This document shows positions 54,125 to 64,000 of a stretch of 64,000 nucleotides of DNA, one piece after another. Position numbers and translations under genes: made by a program. Numbering within the stretch: position 1 is the first letter of the stretch; each line of letters starts with the position of its first letter. Below the pieces are notes generated by a model that saw only the letters and a program-made list of their open reading frames with translations, did not search any database and was not told the DNA's origin. The stretch lies in assembly GCA_951406725.2 (NCBI GenBank), contig OX597821.1, positions 94,178,001-94,242,000 of the forward strand. The letters run 5' to 3'. This DNA comes from Octopus vulgaris. Its lineage: Eukaryota.

Positions 54125-56334
54125 GTCTATATAATCGTTCAGCTGCTAGAAATAGCTATCGAATTCCCTTCAAATTAAATCCAACATCTTACAAAAATGA
54201 GAAGGACACAGTCGATGAAGTAGCCATAAAAAAATAACGCATTTTATCATAGGCTTACCCACCGCCACCACCAGCACCACTGCCGTCACCACTACCACAA
54301 CCACCGTGCCGCTTCCATCGCCACACTATCACCCCCACACCACCATTACTACTATCACCATCACCTTTTACACTGTACTATATTACTCTGGAAAAAACCC
54401 AACACCAATCGTTATTTCATGTATTTAACATAATCTTAATGTATAAAACTGTTAACAAATAACAACACCGGTAACAACACCAATAACAACACACATATGA
54501 ACAACAATAAGGATGTCATCAACAACAGTAACAACAATAACAACTACAATAATAACACCAATAAAAGCTCACCATTATGACAATAATAAAAGCATCAATA
54601 ACAATCTTATCATATCGATCATATCAATAGAATCCATTCAGACGAACACGCTCATAAATTTGATAAAAGTCATTTGGTTCAGAGTGTATAGACAAAGTGA
54701 AGGGGGTAAAATTCACGTCTTTTTGTCTATGAATTTTAAGCTTCTTTTTCATTAGTTGAATAATCAAAATATTCTCTAATCGGAACTGGCATAAAATTGA
54801 TCCGGGGATCTGACTAAAGATTGCCGCAAATCCAGTCGTCATGCTGTGTGTTTACCACCTGATGTTAACTTGCAGACTGCATGGCTGCTTGACCTACTGG
54901 TGATGGCAGCCAAGAATTCCTCAAATAGCACCTTACTGTTTTTTAAAAAGTGGGAGGACATACTGAATAGCAGTTTTTTAAATGCACGATATACCTGAAT
55001 AATAAAGAAGAGACGTTCTTTGATCGTAAGTCTGCTTAATTTGAATTGACTTGGGGCTAAACGACAGCGTAGCAATAACAACAACAATAACAGTGACAAA
55101 AGAAAGAACGAAAGCATCTATTGCAACAATATTACAAAACAACAACAACACGACCAAGGAAAAGAAAACAGCGAAGTAAAATGTAGGTCAACTGAACACA
55201 TAGATAAAACGTCCAATTAAGATGGACATCCGGGGATTAGAGAGATAAAGAAGGAAAGGAGAAGGAAGAGAAAGAAGAAAATGAAGAAAGGAAGAGAAAG
55301 AGAAAGAGAAGGGGGGGAGTTTATTAAAGCAGCTGATGATGAGACAAATATTATTTCACAACGTATCTTTTCACTGTATAATTAAGACGAAAACCACTTC
55401 AACGTGGTAATACAAGGAAGCTATCAGAGAATAGCAAACTAAACACAACACACACAAACACGCACACAGATAAACACACACACACATACACACACTCACA
55501 CGCACATACACACACATGGCAAACGTTTGTATCCCTACACACACTCACGCACATACACACACATGGCAAACATTTGCATCCCTACACACAAATTTGCATC
55601 TATATTCACGAACATCCACGTCCATACACACACACACAGCCCGCTTACCTCAATAGACATAATGAGGGATTAACTGTCTTGTTGAAACTAAACCCTCCCT
55701 CCCTCCCTCCTCACACACAAACCACGCTCATCCCATTTCCTACACAAGCATAACACTCATATACACCCCATATACACCCCATATACATTCTCCACATAGA
55801 AAATTAACCGCCAAACATAAAGAAGATTATTTGTATGACGACAAGGTTTATCTCCTCTCCGCCTCCTTCACTCACAAATATACAGCTAAATACTGGTTAA
55901 TGAGCCAGCTGGCTGCTGATTAACAAATGAGATAATCCTTTATTAATTTTAGCGTCCAGTGACAGAGATAAGGAGGGAGTCAGAAAGGGAACCAAGGAAG
56001 AAAAAGCGTAAAAGGAAGTAACAAGAGCGAGAAGAACTGATGGCCAAATGGATAGGGCAGCTGATAACACAACCACAAGTTGGTGGTTCGTATCACTAGC
56101 ACGGCATTACATTGTGTCGGTTGTTAAACCCAATGATGCTGTATTCCTGCTATAGCGATCATAGGTTAAACGTCATCTCTACCGGATTTTTATATACGAC
56201 GGGCTTCTTTCAGTTTCCGTCTACCAAATCCACTCACAAGGCTTTGGTCGTACGTAGAAAAAGTAGATGCAGCCGATTATCTCCCTTAATCCGTCAGCAA
56301 TCGTTGCTCTTCAGCTCTATCTTTCCTCTCTTGT

Positions 56335-56995
56335 CTTTTACTTATTTCAGTCATTTCACTGCGGCCATGCAGAGGGACCGTCTTGAAGGGTTCAAGTCAA
56401 ACAAATCGACTCCAGGACCTTTTTTTTTTTTTTAAGGTGTAGTATTTATTCTAACAGTTTCTTTTGCCGAACCGCTAAGTTATGGGGACGTAAACACACC
56501 GAAACCAATTGTTAAGCGGTGGTGGGGCACAAACAGAGACTCAAAGACACACACACACACACACATATATATATAGGCGCAGGAGTGGCTGTGTGGTAAG
56601 TGGTTTGCTTATCAACCACGTGGTTACGGGTTCAATCCCACTGCGTGGCACCTTCGGCAAGTGTCCTCTACTAAAGCTCGGGCCGACCAAAGCCTTGTGA
56701 CTGGATTTGGTAGGCGGAAACTGAAAGAAGCCCGTCGTATATATGAATATATATGTCTGCATATGTGTGTGTGTGTGTATGTGTGTGTATGCTTTTGTGT
56801 CTGTGTTTCACCCCCCCCCCCCCCATCGCTTGACAACCGTCTGTTTACGTCTCCGTAACTCAGCGGTTCAACAAATAACCGATAGAATAAGTACTAGGTT
56901 TACAAAGAATCAGTCTTGGGGTCGATTTGTTCGCATAAAGCCAGTGCTCCAGCATGGTCGCAGTCAAATGAGTGAAGCAAATAAAAGAATAAAAA
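56335..56995. mobile_element. Two bipartite SINEs in opposite orientation (minus-strand tail 56335-56570, plus-strand full copy 56576-56995)
   Basis: Tail motif on the minus strand, then the GGCGCAGGAGTGGCTGTGTGGTAAG head. Confidence 0.75.
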
Positions 56996-57057
56996 CGTAT
57001 ACATTATTTACATTATTTACATTTGACGGATATTTGTCCTCATCTTGTTTGTTGTTA

Positions 57058-57101
57058 ACACAACGTTTCGGCTGATATACCCTCCAGCCTTCATCAGGTG
57101 T
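57058..57101 (-). ncRNA. Canonical minimal type I hammerhead ribozyme motif
   Basis: Minus strand ACAC-CTGATGA-A-GGCTGG/AGGGTATA/TCAGCC-GAAA-C-GTT-GTGT. Confidence 0.75.
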
Positions 57102-57130
57102 CTTGGGGAAATTTTGAACCTGGGTTCTCA

Positions 57131-57202
57131 GGGCATATGACATAGTGGTTAAGAGAGCGGGCTACTATCCCAAATATTTCAAGTTCGATTCCAGGCAGTG
57201 AC
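57131..57202 (+). promoter_or_regulatory. tRNA-like Pol III head (A and B boxes)
   Basis: A box-like TGACATAGTGG and B box-like GTTCGATTCC at tRNA-like spacing. No intact cloverleaf. Confidence 0.6.
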
Positions 57203-57224
57203 ATGAATAATAATAATAATGATA

Positions 57225-57284
<60 letters not shown>

Positions 57285-57750
57285 GCAACAACAACAACAA
57301 CAACAATAGTAATAATAATTATAACATCGAAAAATATCTTAGGAATGAGAACCCAGGTTCGAAATTTCCCCAAGGTACCCAATGAAGGCTGGAGTGTATA
57401 TCAGCCGAAATGTTGTGTTAACAAACAAGATGAGGACAAATATCCATCAAATGTAAATAATGTAAATAATGTACATATTTCCTCATCTCCTAAATATAGA
57501 ACAATAAAAAAAGTATGTATATATATATATATGGATATATATATGTTTGTGTATATATTACATACATAAAGAGGGATGACCACTAAGTGGACATCCATTA
57601 CGCTAGAAGTCGACCCTCTTTGGTCTTATCACTAAGAAATTAATATCCTCAAGAAAATTTAGCAAACGCCAGAACGTAAGGGAACAAGACAAATGAAAAG
57701 ATACAAAATATATTCAATTTTCCCCACCCTTATTATTAAAAATTTAAATT

Positions 57751-57808
<58 letters not shown>

Positions 57809-58007
57809 TGGTGTGTGTGTGTATTTATCTGAGACAGATAATTAGACAGACAGGCAGATAGATAGATAGATAGATAGGAATGTTCTCAAGAAAATTTAGC
57901 AAACGCCAGAACGTAAGCGAGCAAGGCAAATGAAAATATACAAAATATATTCAATTTTTCCCTCTTATTATTTTAAATTTAAATTTATATATATATATAT
58001 ATATATA

Positions 58008-58902
58008 TTACGTTTTATAATTATGAGTATAATTATCATTAGGGTTCAGCAAAAAAATTTGCTTTGCCACATACCAAACTTTTAGAAATAGCAGACAAAA
58101 AACTTAGCTATTTCTTCTACTATAAGAAGAATCTCCCGGACAAAGTATACTCGAAAACAATTCACGTAGGCATAGAGAAAAAAATAACGAAAATTCACTC
58201 GGCATTTGATTACTTGTGGACGCGTTTCTGGGTTAGATAGATATGGAGATGCAAGAGTTACATCTTCATTCTACCATTCTCTTCATCAGCACAAAGATTT
58301 CAAGATTTTAAATTAGAGAGCACTGAAAAAGTTGAACATACCTATCTAATTCAAGTAACATCAGACAAATTATATCCAACTCCAGTACCAACGAATTCAA
58401 AACATACGAATGAGGCTTCGTATTCTCCTTCACCCACCCACGTGTGTTGTTGAGCAACAAATTCCTACAGAAAAAACTGTAGTTTATTATCAGGGAGAGA
58501 ATTATATTATCAATAATAATAAAGGGTAAGGTTAATTAATTAATTAGTAATTAATAATTCCACCAAATAGTGTTCAGCATGTTAAAAGGACCATTTACGG
58601 TAAACTTAAGCATTACGTTTTATAATGATGAGTATAATTATCATTAGGGTTCAGCAAAAAAATTTGCTTTGCCACATACCGAACTTTTAGAAATAGCAGC
58701 CAAAGAACTTAACTATTTCTTCTACTATAAGAAGAAACTACAGCTTTTTCTGTAGGAATTTGTTGCTCGACAACACACGTGGGTGGGTGAAGGAGAATAC
58801 GAAGCCTCATTCGTATGTTTTGAATTCGTTGGTACTGGAGTTGGATATAGTTTGTCTGATGTTACTTGAATCAGATAGGTATGTTAAATTTTTTCAGTGC
58901 TG
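58008..58902 (-). mobile_element. Penelope-like module with direct and inverted repeats
   Basis: 58008-58130 is repeated at 58613-58736. 58320-58484 is inverted at 58736-58900. It starts at (TA)n and contains a hammerhead. Confidence 0.65.
58213..58296 (-). ncRNA. Type I hammerhead motif with long stem II
   Basis: Minus strand TTGTG-CTGATGA-[hairpin AGATGTAA/TTGCATCT]-GAAA-CGC-GTC-CACAA. The base of stem II is imperfect. Confidence 0.6.
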
Positions 58903-58929
58903 TGGAATAAATACCCTTGCTCACTTAAA

Positions 58930-61480
58930 TAATGTTTAGAGCTTGATCTTGAGCAGCCACCAACAATGTTTCAGTTTTTCTCTTTAAATCTCCACTTCAT
59001 AGTCACTTACACAATAATAATTTTTCACATTCTCGAGACTATCCATGTAACTGCATTTCTTCTAGCGATTTCTTTCTTTCCGAAATTATCCTGCTTGGGT
59101 ATTGTCTTCAGCACAGTCAATATTTAAGTTGTTATTCCTCAAGGTAATGGTTTTACTGGTCTTTATTCTTCATTCACACTATTGAAAATGGTAATCATTT
59201 CTCTACCTTCAATCTTCCGTTTCATGTATCAACAACTGATATTTACCTTAGGGTTAAGTACATCAAGTATGGTTATGGATTCTCATTTTTCTGTCTAATG
59301 CCTGTATTTCATCTTTTGTCAAATTCTCTGCACAAGCAACAACTGCCTGTGTGTTGATCGTATTTTCAGATTCTTTGAATTTAGTTCGTTCTTCACTGTA
59401 AGCATTAATCTGCTCAAATGTAGTCTTTTCGCTTTTTTTTTCTTTTCCTTACACATAATATCATCGTGTTCCAGTATGCCCAGATACCTGCATCTATTGT
59501 GCTCACGTTCAAAAACCCGTTCTTCCAGCAAGTTTGTTCCACACAAATGGGCTTTCTTCTTTTTCTTCGTGGCTAAAATAGCACACTGCGACGTACCAAA
59601 CTCAATGCTAATATCATTGCAACACAGCTTTATTATATTAATAATTGAAATGATCTCTTTTTCAAACTTCACTAATATCTTTAAGTTATCCATTAAGCAT
59701 AAACGATTTAGAGAAGACGCATTTCTTCCTAGTTTTTAACCCATGTTGACTGTTCTAAATGTCATTGAGATGGATATAATTGCGATAACAAATACCAAGA
59801 AGAAAGAGGCATTCAAGAAGATGCCTTCTAACGGCTACACTTCTCACTAATTTCATGTTCATCATCAAGTTGATTTGCCAGTGCACCATAATAACAGTGA
59901 GGATACTGATGAGATTCTAAATGACTTCACAATCCAAGAACGAGGCCCCATGTTGTCTATAGGCCGATAGTTTCGGGGAAATTTGGTTTCATTATTCTTC
60001 GGGGGTAGGTAAGTAATACCTCTAGCTAACCAATCGGGTATTTTCATAGGATCTCATAATTTCATTGAATAACTGGACTAACTTTTCGTGTGTGCACAGG
60101 AGCGAGGCGAACCAGAAATTTGGCACCCTATCACTACTAGGAGATTTCCACTTATGAGCCTCCGTGAGTGTCATCCTTGGGTCTGCTATTGTGATGTCTT
60201 TCTATGCTTGTTCTGGTAAGTTTTGCTGTGTGTCTAATCCAGTCTGCATTTTTATTGTAAGTCTTTTCATCACTCCAGATATTTTTCCAGGGGTTTTCAG
60301 CTTCAACCATAAGTGAAGGGTCTTCAACAGTTATTTTCTCCTTCCCTATTTCTCTGTGGAATATTTTCGCATTGGATGTGAACAGGTTATTTTGCTTGTA
60401 AAATTTGTTTCACTTCTCAAATCTTCGTATTCTTTGAGCTTTTGCTTGGACTATTTGTTGTAGAGTTCCTTTTACTAAAAGCAGTTCTTCTCTTGACGAA
60501 AATCTGTTTTCCCTTCAGCTTTCTTCCTTCTCTGGTTTTCCACCGCTTCCACAGATTACTTCATTCAATATTGATACTTCACCTCTCATTGTTTCAATCT
60601 CTTTCTCAATTTTACTTTTCCAGTTTGGAATTCTTCTCAGATTTGTATTTCTTTGTTTTTTCAAAGGCATAGAACTGGTTTCAATTGTCTTAGCAGCTGC
60701 GTAAATAATTTCATTTAATTCAATGAGATCTGGTTTTAGTTCTTGTTTTCGTCCTAATATAGTCTGATGTCTTGATTTCGTGTTCTCCAAATTTGATAAG
60801 AGTGTGCGGTGTGTTTTTCTTCAGATGGCCTGTCTAATGCATAGTAATAGGCGCATATTACTTTTGTATACTCATCTCGGGTCCATTTGATCCGCTTACA
60901 TTTTTCTTTCTGTGGTGGACTTAGAAGGCTCGAGATGAGGCAGTTCCCGTTCAAGAGACCAACCAGGTTCGTATTCAGAGAAGAGTTTGTGCTAGTGGGT
61001 GACTTTTCGACCCCAGGCTGGCGCTCTCCTGGGGGACGCGCTTCCAGCTTAATCTTTCTATATATAAACGGCAAAATGTCTGTCTGTGTGTGTGTGTGTG
61101 TCCTTTATACAAATCCACAATTTTTCAGTTAGAGGGCTCGCATTTTCTATGGTCATTCAAAACCGCCCAAGGGTGGTCGTGCACATCTTTACATTTCCCT
61201 AGTCACCTCGCAAAGCCATTAAAAAATCAATAGAAGTGACTTTTTTGTGAATTTTCTATCCAAAACCCAATCAAAATGCCCGGAACTTGATACGCCAATT
61301 GAATGCCAGCTAGCTGTTTGGTCGGAGATTTGGACAGTACTCGCGTGTATGTGCGCACGCAGCTGTATATGCATGCACTAGCACTATGACCCGGCAACGC
61401 CGGGTCATAGTGCTAGTCATAAGATAAGTGATTTGGTGTACTGTTGTAGTCTTCCATTTTGTTTCATAAGACATATATTT
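58930..61480 (-). pseudogene. Old degenerate R4/Dong-type retrotransposon (N-terminus to RT/thumb), interrupted by a Helitron
   Basis: KRIKWTRDEY, IPDWLARGITYLPPK...PRNYRPI, MDNLKI, YLGILE and VAAQDQ motifs in order, with many stops and frameshifts. Confidence 0.8.
61053..61416 (+). mobile_element. Non-autonomous Helitron
   Basis: A|TCTTTCTATATATAAA 5' end, 3' hairpin and CTAG|T. Confidence 0.8.
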
Positions 61481-61818
61481 GTACTACATTAAAATTATTA
61501 GTATTGAGCCCTGCATTGTGGCAAATGTAGAGACGGTTGTTGTCTCTGCCACTATTGTCGACTCCACCATAAATACCGTTACAGTTACTTTATCCTTCTT
61601 ATTACAGCATTGGTCTGTATCGTTGTGGCTAACCTTTGTAGCCATGGTGACAGTATAACCGTTATTTATTTTAATCTGCCGTCTTTGCCCCTACTACTGT
61701 GTGGCATTATTAAATATTGTTTAGTTTCGACTTTTGTCCTGTAGTTGAGATAATCATAAATATGTGAGGGTTGAAGGGAATAATAGGAGGAAGAGAAGCA
61801 GCTTGGTGAATAGACCGA

Positions 61819-61819
<1 letters not shown>

Positions 61820-61895
<76 letters not shown>

Positions 61896-61917
61896 CATTA
61901 TTATAATTATTATTATA

Positions 61918-61985
<68 letters not shown>

Positions 61986-62005
61986 CATTATTATTATTAT
62001 TATTA

Positions 62006-62046
<41 letters not shown>

Positions 62047-62059
62047 ATAATAATTATTA

Positions 62060-62099
<40 letters not shown>

Positions 62100-62130
62100 C
62101 ATTATTATCATTATTATTATTATTATCATT
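61820..62130. repeat. Long (TTA)n tract (R4/Dong target and tail)
   Basis: Directly visible, and adjacent to the element 3' end. Confidence 0.95.
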
Positions 62131-64000
62131 CTATGTTTGACTTTTGCTTTATATTTGTACAAGTTGGCTCCAAGTCTCACCCAGAGACCTCAAGAGACAA
62201 CAGGGTTGGAAGTTCATGTTGTTGTTATGCCTAGTGTGCCATATATTTGGGGGGTGGGGATGTTGTACTAATGAATGTCTAAAAAGAAAAAAAAAAGAAA
62301 AAAAAAGTTTTTTTTTTTTTTTTTTTTTAAACCGAAAATTATGTTTGTTTTAAACCTTGAGATTACATAGAGAGTATTTTGCGTAGGATATGAGCAGTTC
62401 CCATGAGCACTATCTTTTGAACTTCTGCCATTTTTGGGTTTCCTGGTATCTGAGTTAGGTAGCTATCAGCCCCTTTTGCTATCATTCCCAGGGCACCTAT
62501 GACAACAGGTATTGTTTTAGTCTTCAGCTTCCACATTTTGCTGATTTCTATTTCAAGATCTTTATATTTGCTCAGTTTTTGGTAGGTCTTGACAGATACG
62601 TTTATATCGATTGGGACAGTCATATCAATGAGGAGGCATGTTCTTTGTTTGAAGTTTTCAATATGATGTCTGGCCTATTTGCATCTATCTTCCTGTCAGT
62701 TTGAATGGTGAAGTTCCAGAGGAGTGAGATGTGGTCATTTTCAAGCACTGGGGGTGGTTTGTGTTCCCACCAGTTTTTTTCATGGGGCAAATCCAGGTTT
62801 TTACAGATTACCCAGTGAATATATTGTGCAGCTCTATCGTGCCTGTTGAGATACTCTGTAGGCGCTAGAAGACTGCACTTGGAGACCACATGGTCAATGG
62901 TTTCATTTTGTTGCTTGCATACACGACACGTTGGACTGCTTCTGATCTTTAATATGTTGGCCTGGTAGTTTCTTGTTGGTAGGCATTGATCTTGAGCTGC
63001 TATGATAAACCCCTCTGTTTCAGATTTTAAGCCAGAGGCCATTAGCCATTGATGGGTCAGGGCTTTGTCGATATCTGCATTATTCGCTCTCTTTGGGTAT
63101 TTGCCATAGAGAGGTTTTTCTTGCCATTTATTATTCAGAATATCTAAGGCCGCAGTTTTGGCACGGGTTTTCATGCGCCTAGCTTTTTCTGTGCTTGTTT
63201 CTTGTATATCTATCTCCGAAATTGGTTGTATTCGGAATTCACTTAGATATTCCTTTGCCTGTTTTGTGACTGAGTATGATGCTTTCTTGTTTTCATGTTT
63301 TGAGACAAGTTTTAGCATCCAGTCCTCAGAGTTTTTCAGGTAGGTGTCTAGGCCAATTGTAGCAATCTTCATTGTTATTGCCAGTTGCAAAAGACCACGG
63401 CCTCCCTCTTTTCTTGGCAGATAGAGTCGTTCTGTATCTGCCTTAGGGTGGTGCATTCTATGCATTGTCAACAGTTTCCTTATTTTTCTGTCGAGCTGAC
63501 ATATTTCAGTAATTGACCAGTTAACAATATTGAAACTGTAAGTCACGACTGGTATAGCTAATGCATTGATTGCTTCGATCCTGTTTCTTGCATTCAGCTC
63601 TGTCTTGAGTATTGCTCTCACTCTTCGATAGCATTCTCTCCTGATCCTTTCCTTCATCTCTGAATGCCTTATTCCGTTCCCTTCAATTATCCCTAGGTAC
63701 TTGTAGCTCTCCGCTGGGTCTAGTTCTTTTATGACATTCTGTTGGTCAAGGTTAACGTTAGATGTTTCTGTCATTTTTCCTTTGATAAAGGTAGCCTTTG
63801 CACATTTATCGAGGCCGAATTGCATTCTGATGTCGTCACTGAATTGTTTGACTATCGCTAGTAAGCCCTTGAGTTGTTGATCATTTTTTGCAAAAAGCTT
63901 TAAATCATCCATGTAAACGAGATGATTTATATTTTTATCAAACATTTTATACCCGTACTGCGCGTCATTGAGCAGCTTTGAGAGAGGTATTAAGGATAAA
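62131..64000 (-). mobile_element. R4/Dong-type non-LTR retrotransposon, 3' half, continuing beyond the window
   Basis: 3'UTR at 62131-62362, then an RT-zinc knuckle-RLE reading frame running off the window end. Confidence 0.92.
62363..64000 (-). pseudogene. R4/Dong polyprotein (reverse transcriptase, CCHC knuckle, restriction-like endonuclease) with a single frameshift
   Basis: YMDD, YKYLG, GGRGL, AAQDQ, CRVC...H....C, RHD and RPDI...IDM motifs. A 1-nt loss at about 62656 separates ORFs 62620-63945 and 62363-62623. Confidence 0.9.

Larger units (their letters stand above)
57000..57500 (+). mobile_element. tRNA-headed, hammerhead-bearing element with an inverted 5' copy of its 3' end
   Basis: Arms 57000-57130 and 57346-57473 are inverted copies. 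A tRNA-like head at 57131-57202 and an (AAT)(GAT)(AAC) tract lie between them. Confidence 0.65.

Overview
Eukaryotic, AT-rich, extremely repeat-dense DNA. No host protein-coding exon can be supported, so it is probably intergenic or deep intronic. The SINE families and microsatellite load resemble octopus (coleoid cephalopod) DNA, which is an inference. Almost all ORFs in the supplied track are microsatellite artefacts. The real content is a nested transposon landscape: (i) R4/Dong-type RLE non-LTR retrotransposons sitting in (TAA)n tracts, including a nearly intact 3' half at 62131-64000 with one frameshift, plus 3'UTR-only copies; (ii) mariner, pogo/Tigger-like, hAT, Merlin-like and Helitron DNA elements; (iii) RTE, CR1 and L1/Tx1-like LINE fragments; (iv) four families of tRNA-derived SINEs; (v) a probable solo LTR and a 22-bp minisatellite. 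The most interesting signal is a set of minimal type I hammerhead ribozyme motifs (CUGANGA-stem II-GAAA-palindromic stem III-NUH). They sit in several unrelated short non-coding modules with Penelope-like direct and inverted repeat architecture, abutting (TA)n or other microsatellites. One module (57000-57500) fuses a tRNA-like Pol III head to the hammerhead segment, making it a candidate ribozyme-bearing SINE or retrozyme. All calls were made by eye, and boundaries are approximate unless termini are quoted.
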